In this document: piece after piece, positions 53,011-64,000 of the stretch
How the letters are laid out: every line of letters begins with the position of its first letter
Position numbering within the stretch: position 1 is the first letter of the stretch
From: Torpedo marmorata
Taxonomy: Eukaryota
Assembly (NCBI GenBank): GCA_977017645.1
Contig: OZ360237.1
Coordinates: 47,740,001 to 47,804,000 of the forward strand
DNA: 64,000 bases
Direction: 5' to 3'
Notes under the pieces: model-generated
The model's database searches: none
The model's input: the letters and a program-made list of their open reading frames with translations, nothing else
What the model was told of the DNA's origin: nothing
Position numbers and translations under genes: made by a program

Positions 53011-54678
53011 CACCCGAATACGCTAGAGATGATTTATATCCACCCACGCATCGTTATAGTCAACAACTTTCTATTTTCTTCGTTATCTTCGAGCAAGCTA
53101 GTTGTTCTGATATTTGTATATAGGTAACTGTCACGTTCAGAGTTTATTTAGTGCAAGTGAAACAATGTTTCATTCAAAATTAAACTGGTTATCAAGAGTT
53201 TTACAACATTTAAGTGTTTCAATTATGTTTTATTGCATATCGAAGCTTCAGTCAAGAACGATCTCCAAGGCATACCAAAGCATTCATTTCAGTTAATACC
53301 TGCCTCCTTTTTAAAAAAAAAACACACAGTATTGTGTTAGTTACTTTTGTTAATAAATTCAGAGGGAGTTATACTTTGGATTTATGGTGAATCAATTGCT
53401 TACTTTGGGAACTTTACTTGTTTAACCGACAGTTTTTTTATGAAGTAAAATAAGTGCTCTGTTAATGGGTTTATCATGGAATTCCTCAAGATGATCATAC
53501 ATGTCAACATTAGAATTTTAATCATTCTTGGATGGGTGAGTTGACACATGTAACTGGTGATATTCACATTGTAGATGCAGTAAGCATTTTTTAAAGTTCT
53601 GGCTTAAACACTGTAATTTTTGTTGTTATACAGAATACAGCTACTAGCAGAAACAAAAAAAAACTTGTAAAAATGTACATATTTTGTACAAGTATTAAAA
53701 TGTCGATTGAAGGGTGACACCCCTACATTATCAATGACGAATGATGTCGTTCTTTGTGCAGTAGCTGACGTCATCCGTTCTGAAGCCTGATTTCAATCCT
53801 CTTGTCGTTGCATAGAAACACGGACTAGTTACTTAAATGGATGAAAATAGGCGAAATGAGCAAGTTTCCTCCCTGTAAGTTTCCATTAACTTGTAAATTA
53901 TTAATCTGAGTGCTAAATGGAAACAATATAGTGAAGTAAATCTAGGTTTTGCCTCCAAGGACATAAAGGAATCTGAAACTTTCTTTTCAAAGAGTTGTCA
54001 AGGTTAAATATATTGGAATATTTAAAATGAAAAAAGGTGGACAGACTTCCGTTAACAAGGCATGCAAATGAAGGGAAGCGGAGGAGGTGAGGATCACAAG
54101 GCAAGTCAGCCATTGGCCAATCAAAAGGTATAGCTGGAGGGGCTGAACGCCCTTCTGTACCCAGATTCATAATGGAGATCGGCAAGAACACTTAGACTCT
54201 TTACCCCCTTAAGTTGCACTTTAATAATTGAACATTTTCGACATAATCAACTAGAAGTTACAGAAATTTAAGGAGCAAATTTGCCATTATATCTTAATGT
54301 AAACAAAGCTTGTGGAAATTTGTAGAATAACCCGGGATTTCAGCGCTAGGTTCTTGTGGACCCATTTCAGCCAAGATGCATGGAACCCCATCCACTAGCC
54401 TGCACCAACCGAGCACCCATTCTGTTCTGCGAGCGCTCCGTTTTGCCCCTGCGTAACTCTGAAACAAATTCGACGATGCCCATCCTTCCGCACTAAGTGA
54501 GGATCAGATCTTTAGGCTTCAAGCTAATTTGTCATGGACCAGTGTGGTTTAGATCTATTGATACAGTGGGCGGCAACTGAACTCAGTCTAAACAGGGTAA
54601 CAACAGTTTAACCATCGCGCAGATGACCAACAGGCGCTTAGATCGCACCCCTGACCTTCCTTAAGATAAATGATAGAT

Positions 54679-55545
54679 AACTTCCTAAAACAGGAATTCA
54701 TAAATCAAGATTAAATTGGGAAAAAGATTTGAATATAACAATAGATGAAGAACACTGGAAAAAATTATGTAAACAAAGTATGACGAAGATTATTAATGTT
54801 AGATATAGATTGGTGCAATATAATTTTTTTCATCAACTATATTTAACACCTCAAAGACTAAAGAAATTTAATCCGACATTATCTGGTTTATGTTTTAGAT
54901 GTAATAAAGAGGAAGGTTCTTTTGTACATTCTACATGGTTTTGTCCAAAAGTTTATGATTTTTGGTTGAAAGTTAAAAACCTCTTAGATAAAGTATTAGG
55001 AACTACACTTCCAATGGATCCTATGATATTTTTGTTTGGAGATATTGAAGGAACCAGTGTTGGAGTGAAATTGAATATGTACCAGACGGAGTTTTTGCGT
55101 GTTGCGTTGGCCGTTTCTAAGAAATGTATTGCCACTACATGGAAGTCGGATGTAGATTTGGGGTTGGAAAGATGGCACGCAGAATTGCGTTCTTGCATAC
55201 CACTCGAAAAAATTACATATAATTTACGTGATAAGTATCATTTCTTTTTGGAAGTATGGAGCCCATATATAAAAATTGTGGTTTTAAGGATTTGAAGATC
55301 TCTGGTCATCGGGTCTGGCTGGCGAGCCTATCCTCCACAATAAGATCAGATTATAGTTGTTCTTTTTAGATTGACATCCTCCTTACTCTATCCTTTTCTT
55401 CTTCTTTCTTTCTTTTCGGGAGGGTTAGGGAGGGGAGGGTGGGGGGGGAGGGGGGGGTGAAAATGTATCACATGTAATTTGAGGAATTTGCGTTTTAAAC
55501 TGTGTATTGTGTGATTTAAAAATTTTAAATAAAATATTAAAAAAA
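54679..55545 (+). mobile_element. L1-clade LINE 3' fragment
   Basis: C-terminal CFRC...HSTWFCP motif, G-rich UTR and poly-A; perfect 16-bp TSD AAGATAAATGATAGAT (54663-54678 / 55546-55561) at a TT|AAGA site. Confidence 0.93.
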
Positions 55546-56189
55546 AAGATAAATGATAGATTTAAAAAAAACTTGTCAGTTTAATTTAGCAGATGCCAAA
55601 AAATTGCACAAAATTGCTGTTATTAAGTTAGGTTTTTATTTAAACACACACAAAATTTAAATAGTTGATCAAGAAGAATCTAAAACAATAAGTAGAGGTA
55701 AGTTGTGTGAAAGGTGTCATGTTAAAATTGCAAACTGTAATGGGAATTAACTGATTTTTTTAGAAGTCCAGAGCATTGAGCTTCAGAGAATTAAGTCAAA
55801 TGGTTTCATTTAGTAAAGTTTTCTTCTCCAAAGTACAGCAACTTTTATGAACTTTTTTTCTTGCATGGTCTGTGTGCTCTTTACTCAGGGTTTATCTTTG
55901 CCTGAAATATGATTTTAAAAAAAACATTTAAATCATAGAAAAATACTCATCAAATGGAAACCATTTCCTGTGTTACAGAAGGCGCTGGGCTAGAAACTGC
56001 CCCGACCATAATATAAAACAAAGTTCTACCAAAAGTGAAAATCTAAAGTAAATACAGATGATCCCGATCCTACAGGGGGATCAGGCAATATTTGGGTCGT
56101 TTCAGAAAGATCTGCGATTAACTCATTGACTCATGTCTCTCTCGCAACACATATCTAACCTGAGCAATATCGACTTCTCTGGCTTTCGT

Positions 56190-56515
56190 TAAACTCTTTC
56201 CCCCCCCACCCCCCACTTCTACCCCCATCACCTTCCCCCAGCTTTATCTCTCCCTTCCCTGTCTCCTTTCGCACAAACATGATAAATTCTCACCTCGTCC
56301 CTTATCATATCCAATTAACACCTTTTGTTGGTCTGGATTCCTCCCCCAGCCAGCATTGTCTGAATCTTGAGACTTTCTGAGATTTCCTGCCTCTGGCTCA
56401 TTCTGCTTATTCCTTGAAGAAGGGCTCAGGCCCGAAACGTCGGCAATATATCTTTGCTTTTCATGGATGCTGAAAAGACCGACTGAATTCCTCCAGCATT
56501 TCGGTGTGTTTTTAC
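56190..56515 (+). mobile_element. Penelope pLTR remnant with a hammerhead-like motif (56412-56443)
   Basis: CCTTGAAGAAGGGCTCAGGCCCGAAACGTCGG followed by ...CTGAATTCCTCCAGCATTT. Confidence 0.75.
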
Positions 56516-57453
56516 ACACATCTAACCTGACTGCTTCCAACAATTTCAGCGTTTGCTCCAATTTTTTGATCTGATTCTCCTTTGGCAGAAGCCGCAGCAG
56601 GAACTGTACACCACTTTCCAACATTCCTTTCCTTCAGAAATTTAATTTGTGCAAACTAATGTGTTTAATATTAGAAAACAGATAACATTAGAAATATTAG
56701 AATGAATGTCAATGATTAATTATTTAATATTAGAACATTTAATGATTATTACATTTATCATTCACGTTAAATACCACTAGAAACATCAACCTGGGCTCTA
56801 CTCTATTTCCGACCTGAATTCGTGTTAACGCAGTCTCCAGTTATTGACCGGTTTTTGATGGACGTTGTATTTACACTATGCGGGGTGCAAGTGTGAGACG
56901 GTTTGAAATTCCTGCCTAAATCCATGGGTGTGGGGTTCCTCTTTGGTGGAACTTCAGTCATGGAGTGGTCCTGCATCTTTGGTTCTGCCAACTTTAGGCT
57001 CCACATTCAGCTCAGGATGTGGTCCCAATGAAAGTGCAGGCGCTCCAATGTGGCTGGGAAATTAGTTTGAGGAAATATTATGTTTTGGGGCAGAGGAGAA
57101 GCTAGTGTGCCATAAATAATCATGAGACCATCCTCTTCTTAATCCATTTTAATTTTGTCTCAGTGAAGACAATCATTTGTGGCAGAATGAAGGTCTGTTC
57201 CAAAGATGACCAATGACCAGAAAATAAAGAGGTGCTGGAGGAACTCAGCGGGCCAAGCAGCATCCAGGTGTCCAAATGGTCGGTCAACGTTTTAGGTCGG
57301 GACCCTTTATCGAGTCTGGCTTCCTGATAATTTTTAATGGGATTAAAAATTGGAGAAGGGTAGCATTCCTCTAATCTGCCATCAAAAAATTGGCTGCTGA
57401 GATTCCAGACCTTTCCATTGTCACTGTAATTCAACTCAGGTCAACACAGAACT

Positions 57454-57884
57454 TATCGTATATACTGGTGTAATCATCAATACAGTGTAATAGTCGACCC
57501 CCCTCCCCTCTTTTTTGGCCCAAAAATTGGGTGTTTTTGTATGACCCGTGTAAAAATCGACTCCCCCTATTTTTGGCCCCGGCCGCCTGCCCACCGGAGC
57601 TCCCGACGCCCCGGCCACCCACCCATCCGAGCTCCCGACCGCAGATCCTCGCCCTGGTCGCCCGCCCATCCGAACTCCCGACACCCCGGCCACCCGCCCA
57701 TCCGAGCTCCTGACGCCCCGACCGCGGACTTACCACCTGGTACCGGCCATCCGAGCTCTCGATGCCTTGAACGGCGCAGGTACTTCACGAGGTCAAAGGT
57801 TTGACCCTTGTAAAGGTCGGCCTCCCTTTTTAGGCCCGAAAAAATGGTCCAAAAAATTCGACGATTACACGAGTATATATGGTA
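57454..57884. mobile_element. Non-autonomous pogo/Tc2-type MITE with an internal GC-rich minisatellite (unit about 31 bp)
   Basis: TA-flanked TIRs TCGTATATACTGGTGTAATC / GATTACACGAGTATATATGG; GTCGACCCC subterminal motif; repeats of CCCGCCCATCCGAGCTCCCGACGCCCCGGCCA at about 57578-57765. Confidence 0.75.
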
Positions 57885-58579
57885 GTTACGCCGGCTGAAT
57901 ATTTCCTACAACCAGTAGATCAATGCTGGGCGTAGCGTGAAAAGGTTTACATTTATATAAGCATCCCGATGCGACTTGCAACTAATTTGGAACTTTTGAA
58001 TTGTAGTTTTGGACAAGGTCGGCACAGATGAGTTGGGCCGAAGGGCCTTCTTGCATGAAAACACAGTCAGTTTTTGTTTTAGAAAAAGATTGATGCACAA
58101 AACGTTGCATTTTATACTAACAAGAGAAACTTAAGAATGTGACTGCCACCCAGCAGATTAATAGAATAGTCTTACTCGAGACTGTAACCGAAATGCTGGA
58201 TGAATTTTGAAATTAAGGTAACATCATACAAGCAAGGCCAGAGTGTCGAGAGGAACAGACAAATAAGCAAGAGACAGATAGGCTGACAGGAAGTAAGTCA
58301 ATTCCAAATACGACCGACAATTTAGTCGTCTCAGCATGAATTTCTTAAACCAGGCAGTGGTTGAACCTGTTGGATGCTATTTGAATGACAAAGGAAGTAG
58401 TCAGCATTTTCATACTAAAGTTACAATGAGTTAAAAAAAATGGAACCGAAATGCCGAACACAAGGATTAATATACAGTACAATTCAGACGAGGGAGATTA
58501 AATTAGCAGCCTGTTATATCTTGCCCTAACACCTCATTTTTTGTAAACATGACATTTTAAAAATGCGTAATAAGTAATA

Positions 58580-59655
58580 TAACCATATAACAATTACAGC
58601 ACAGAAACAGGCCAGTTCGGCCCTTCTAATCCTTCCGAACACCTTCTCCCACCTAGTCCCACTGACCTGCACCCGGCCCATAACCCTCCACACCTCTCTC
58701 GTCCATATACCTATCCAACTTTTCCTTAAACATTAAAATTGAACCTGCGTCTACGACTTCGGTCGGAAGCTCGTTCCACACACCCACCACCCTCTGAGTG
58801 AAGAAATTTCCCCTCATGTTTCCTCTAAACCTTTCCCCCTTCAATCTCAATCCATGCCCTCTTGTTTGAATCTCCCCCACTCTCAATGGAAAAACCCTGT
58901 CCACATTGACTCTATCTGTCCCCTTCATAATTTTAAATACCTCTATCAAATCACCCCTCAACCTTCTATGCTCCAGGGAATAAAGTCCCAGCCAGTTCAA
59001 CCTTTCCCTGTAACTCAAACCCAGAAACCCTGGCAACATTCTTGTAAATCTCCTCTGCACTCTCTCTATTCTGTTTAGATCCTTCCTATAAATCAGCAAC
59101 CAAAACTGCACACAATATTCCAAATTTGGCCTCACCAATGCCTTATACAACTTCAACATGACATCCCAACTCCTGTATTCAATACTCTGATTTATGAAGG
59201 CCAACATACCAAATGCTTTCTTCACCACCCTATCTATGTGTGACTCAACTTTCAGGGAATTATGTACCAGAATTCCTAAATCCCTTTGTTCTACTGCACT
59301 CCTCAATTGTCTTCCATTTAACATGTATGACCTTTGCTGATTAGTCCTACCAAAATGTAGCACCTCACATTTATCAGTATTAAACTCCATCTGCCATGTT
59401 TCAGCCCACTCTTCTAACTGTCCTATATCCCCCTGCAAGCTTTGATAACCCTCTTCACTGTCCACAACACCACCAATCTTCGTATCATCTGCATACTTAC
59501 TAATCCAATTTACCACCTTATCATCTAGATCATTAATATATATGACAAACAACAATGGACACAGTACCGATCCCTGAGGCACTCCACTAGTCACCGGCCT
59601 CCAATTTGACAAACAATTTTTCACCACTACTCTCTGGCATCTCCTATCCAACCGT
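58580..59655 (-). mobile_element. CR1 LINE 3' fragment (second subfamily), 332-aa open RT end
   Basis: [43 protein letters not shown]; tail AACCATATAACAAT. Confidence 0.93.
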
Positions 59656-59656
59656 T

Positions 59657-60170
59657 GTTTTTTTAAAAATATTTTATTTAAAATTTAAAATCACTCGATA
59701 ATACATATTTATAAAATGCAAAATTATCAAAATACATGTGATATATTTTCATCCCCCCTCTCTAACCCTCCCACCCTTACTATTCTAATAAGAAAGAAAG
59801 GAAGAAAGGAAGAAAGGAAGAAAGGATAGAGTATGGAGAATGTCAATGTAAAAAGAACAACTATAAGCTAATTTTATTGTGGAACACAGGTTCACCAGTC
59901 AGATATGATATCCAGAGATCTTCAAATCCTTAGACCCACAGTTTTTATATATGCGCTCCATATTTTCAAAAAGAAATGATATTTGTTACGTAAATTATAA
60001 GTAATTTTTTCAAGTGGTGTAGCTGAACGAAGTTCTGCATGCCATTTTTCTAACCATAAATCTACATCAGATTTCCATGTAATAGCAATACATTTCTTTG
60101 AAACAGCTAAAGCAATTCGCAAAAATTCTATTTGATACATATTTAATCTCATTTTAATACTAATTCTTTT
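59657..60170 (-). mobile_element. L1-clade 3' fragment, same family as 54679-55545
   Basis: LNMYQIEFLRIALAVSKKCIAITWKSDVDL is nearly identical to the 54729 ORF; same UTR and tail. Confidence 0.9.
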
Positions 60171-60518
60171 AATTTATTGAAAAGAACGGATTTTTGTACC
60201 TACCGTATATTTCGGCGTATAAGTCGACTTGCAGATAAATCGACCCCCCTTTTTCAGCCTCATTTTAATGGTTTTATTGTATATCCGGCGTATAAGTCGA
60301 CCCCCAAAAATCGCGATGCCTGAGATGCTGAGCGTTGACCGGCGTATAAGTCAACCCCCAAAAATTATGATGATTGAGCTGCTGGGAGTTGACCGGCGTA
60401 TAGGTCGACCGACAACGAACGCGCTGATTGAGCTGCTGGGCGTTGACCGGCGTATAGATCGACCCACAACGATCGTGCTGATTGAGCTGCTGGGCGTTGG
60501 CTGGAGGTGATTGTTATC

Positions 60519-61869
60519 ATGGAGGCTCAATTGAAACAACGAAAGTATGAGGCGAGTTTTAAATGAAAAGTGATAGAAATGGCCAAGAAAACCAACAACT
60601 GTGCTGCTGCAAGGAAATTTGATATATATGAGAAGTTGGTAAGAGATTGGAGGAAGAAAGAAGATACTTTAAGAAAAATACCAAAACGACAATGTTCGAT
60701 GAGAAGAGGAATCACTCGTTGGCCAGAGTTAGAAAATCATGTCGCAGCATGGGTACGTGAACAGAGGCAAGAAAATTGCTACAAAGTCACCCGAAATAAA
60801 AGAATAACATTTGCATTGAAGTGGGCAAAGTTGCACCCAGAACTTAGTAAAGATTTTGAAGCTACTGTAGGCTGGTGCAACCGTTTCATGAACAGGAAAA
60901 ATCTGGTTTTACGACAAAAAACAAAAATTGCTCAGAAACTACCAAAAGATCTTGATCATAAAGTTGTAAGTTTTCAACCAGTTTATTTTACGTAACCGGC
61001 AGAAACACAAGTTTGCATTGGCAAATATTGGAAACATGGACAAAACCCCCATGAATTTTGACATGATAGGCAATAGAACAGTGGAATGGAAAGGTGTGAA
61101 AACTGTGCGAACCAGGAGTACAGGCCACGAAAGGACCAGGTTTACTGTGGTGTTATCGTGCATGGCCGACGGGACAAAGTTAAGACCCATGGTAATCTTC
61201 AAACGTAAATTTAAACCTAAAATAAAATTCCCTGCGGGTATTTTTGTACATTTTCATGAAAAAGGATGGATGGATGAAAATGGTGTAAAAATATGGATGG
61301 ACAAAGTGTGGAACAGGCGGCCAGGCGGTTTACGCAAGGAACGGAGTTTTCTGGTCTGGGATATGTTTTGTAGCCACTTAACTGAGAAGACTAAAAGTAG
61401 ATTAGCACAACATAATACTTACATGGCGGTTATCCCGGGTGGTTTGACGTCTATATTGCAATCTCTCGATGTCTGCTTGAACAAGCCATTCAAAGACCAT
61501 GTGCGTGAAGAGTGGAATACATGGATGTCAAGTGCAGAAAAATCATTTACAAAAGGCGGGGCAATGCGTGCTGCATCGCTTGATGTGCTGTGTGACTTCG
61601 TGCTCAAGGCATGGGACAAAGTGAAAGTAGAGACTATAATAAAATCGTTTAAAAAGTGCGGTATCTCTTGTGCAATTGATGGTATGGAAGATGATTTATT
61701 GTGGGACACTGACGACGAAGCTGAAGCCGCCTCATCAGATACAGACTGGGACCCATATGATGACTGTTTAAACAGTGAGACCCTGGATGTACTTGCCGAG
61801 ATCTTTGCCTCAGACGATGATAGCGAAAATGATTTTGAAGGGTTCTATATATCTTGTTGTTATCAATAA
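60519..61869 (+). pseudogene. pogo-type transposase pseudogene (Brinker-like DBD, CENP-B HTH, DDE_1)
   Basis: ATG at 60519 reads MEAQLKQRKYEASFK*, with TGA at 60564-60566; frameshift near 60980-61000; catalytic GNMDKTP / VWDMF / SLDVCLNKPFK with 35 residues between the second and third D. Confidence 0.88.
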
Positions 61870-61971
61870 AAATGTCAATGAAAATTTGTTGCACTCGGGT
61901 TTTTTTTTGGTTTTTCACGGGTCGACTTATATGCCGAATCGGGTTTTCAAGGGTCGACTTATATGCCGAAT

Positions 61972-63829
61972 CAATAGACAATAGACAATAGACAATAGGA
62001 GCTGGAGTAGGCCCTTCGGCCCGTCGAGCCAGCACCGCCATTTTACAGATCATGGCTGATCACTACTATCAGTACCCCTTACCAGCCTTATCCCCATAAC
62101 CCTTAAATCCTCTGCCCATTAGAGTCTTATCTAACTCTCTTTTGAACATAATCAGCGAATCTGCCTCTACCACCCTCTGTGGCAGAGCATTCCACAGATT
62201 CACACTTCTCTGGCTAAAGAAATTTTTTCTCATCTCCGTCCTAAAGGGCCTTCCCTGAATTCTTAAACTATGCCCTCTAGTCCTCGTCTCTCCCATCATT
62301 GGGAACAAGTAATCTGACTTCACCCTGTCTATCCCCTTGATAATTTTGTAAACCTCAATCATATCCCCCCTCATCCTCCTAAACTCCATCGAATATAAGT
62401 CCAGTTTTTCTAACCTTTCAGCATATGTCAACCCTGCCATTCCTGGAACTAACCTTGTAAATCTGCGCTGCACACCCTCTAAAGCTAGTATGTCCTTCCT
62501 CAAATTTGGAGACCAGAACTGGACGCAATACTCCAGGTGGGGTCTCACCAGGGCCCTGTACAACTGCAGAAGGGCGTCTCTGCTCCTATAGTCCAATCCC
62601 CTCTTTATGAAAGCCAACATGCCATTTGCCTTCTTCACAGCTTTCTGTACCTGCATGTTAGCCTTCAGTGACTGGTGAACAAGTACACCCAGATCCATTT
62701 GCACTTCCCCACTCCCTAGCTTGTCACCATTTAGATAATACTCTGCTTTCCTATTACTGCCCCCAAAATGGATAACCTCACATTTGCTCACATTGAACTT
62801 CATTTTCCATTCTTCAGCCCACTCCCCCAACCTGTCCAAGTCCCTCTGCATTTTCCTGACATCCTCTTCACACTTTACACCGCCACCCAGTTTAGTGTCA
62901 TCTGCAAATTTACTCAAGTTATTAATAATCCCATCATCCAAATCATTTACATAAATGACAAACAACTGAGGACCCAACACCGATCCCTGCGGCACTCCAC
63001 TCGTCACATCCTGCCATCCTGAAAAAGACCCGCTTACCCCAACCCTTTGTTTCCTATTTCTTAACCAATTTCCTATCCACGTCAGCACCTTACCATCAAT
63101 ACCATGCTCCCTGATCTTGCCCACTAGTCTCCCGTGCGGTACCTTATCAAAGGCCTTCTGGAAGTCCAAATACACCACATCCACTGGCTCTCCCAAGTCC
63201 ACCCTCTTTGTCACATCTTCAAAAAATTCCAGAAGGTTAGTCAAGCATGACTTACCCTTAAGGAATCCATGCTGACTAGCCCTTATACTATTATTTCTGC
63301 CTAAGTGTTCTGCTATTACTCCTTTTATGATGGATTCCAATATCTTCCCCACCACTGACGTCAGGCTGACTGGTCTATAATTTCCCGTTTTTTCCCTCCC
63401 TCCCTTCTTAAAAAGCGGCACCACATCAGCCACTCTCCAATCCACAGGTACCTCCCCCGAATCTATGGAGCTTTGGAAAATGTCGACCAGTGCCTCCACA
63501 ATTTCCAGAGCAACCTCTTTAAGCACCCTGGGATGCAGCCCATCAGGCCCTGGGGATTTATTAGCCCTCAGTCCCAACAATTTACTCTCAACCTCCTGCT
63601 TCTGGATCCTAATATCTATCAGATTCCCTACTTCCCCAGGAAAGTTCCCCCAGTCTCCTGATACCGCATGACCACTACCCCCTAACTGACCAACACCTAT
63701 ATCTTCCTTGGTGAAGACAGATGCAAAGTATTTGTTAAATTCCTCAGCCATTTCCTTGTTTTCAGTAATAATTTCACCCTTTTCCATTCTTAATGGACCA
63801 ATTTTAGACCGAACCAATTTCTTCCTCTT
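61972..63829 (-). mobile_element. CR1 LINE, 5'-truncated, with an uninterrupted 582-aa RT ORF (62069-63817)
   Basis: Full set of RT motifs with no stops; (CAATAGA)n tail; same family as 300-2420. Confidence 0.96.
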
Positions 63830-64000
63830 CGGGTTATCAAGGGTCGATTTATACGCCGAATCGGGTTTTCAAGGGTTGACTTATACGCCGAATCGGCGTG
63901 GAGTGGTTTTTGAGCTGATTTTAAGGTCTCAAAAGTATATCCGGCATATAAGTCGACCCCCGTTTTTTGAGAGATTTTTGAGGGTTTCAAGACTTGACTT

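Larger units (their letters stand above)
60201..64000 (+). mobile_element. pogo-superfamily DNA transposon (POGK/Passer-like, DD35D); right part interrupted by a CR1 and running off the window
   Basis: Left end TA-CCGTATATTTCGGCGTATAAGTCGAC; repeated CGGCGTATAAGTCGAC subterminal motifs, inverted at 61921, 61953, 63843 and 63875. Confidence 0.85.

Noticed and set aside
57578-57765. GC-rich tandem repeats resembling a CRISPR array or CpG-island promoter
   Set aside because: No unique spacers, eukaryotic context, and it lies inside a TIR-bounded MITE.
53300-60200. Expected last exon of ELP4, the usual tail-to-tail neighbour of Pax6
   Set aside because: I found no ELP4-like C-terminal peptide on the minus strand; it probably lies beyond the window.
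60280-60500. Regularly spaced repeats upstream of a nuclease-like ORF
   Set aside because: These are subterminal repeats of the pogo transposon; the intervening sequences are similar to each other rather than unique spacers.
62069-63817. Long intact RT ORF as a domesticated host gene
   Set aside because: It is a 5'-truncated CR1 lacking the endonuclease, with a typical tail and a sibling at 300-2420; the open frame is best explained by recent insertion.

Overview
Vertebrate genomic DNA, not microbial. The repeat content (CR1, Penelope, Rex1, L1/Tx1, DeuSINE) suggests a cartilaginous fish; this is an inference. The window holds a complete Pax6 gene on the + strand. I reconstructed it from splice sites: coding exons 4-13 total 1269 nt (422 aa), plus the alternative 42-nt exon 5a (436 aa). 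Also present are non-coding exons 0-3, promoters P0 and P1 (P1 partly in an N gap), and recognisable pancreas, ectodermal/lens and neuroretina (alpha) enhancers, with candidate intron-7 elements. The stretch from about 3.8 to 35.6 kb is CpG-retaining and nearly free of transposons; introns 8, 9 and 12 and both flanks are full of nested retro- and DNA transposons. Most notable observations: a degenerate tandem duplicate of exon 5a with an intact acceptor and an in-frame stop; a teleost-like N-terminal extension one nucleotide out of frame, whose fate depends on splicing of a GC-donor exon 3; many Penelope-derived fold-back elements carrying minimal hammerhead-ribozyme motifs; a retroelement tail that appears to supply the branch point of homeobox exon 10; and a stop-free intron 11. 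Similarities to named human, mouse and zebrafish sequences are from memory and need alignment to confirm.
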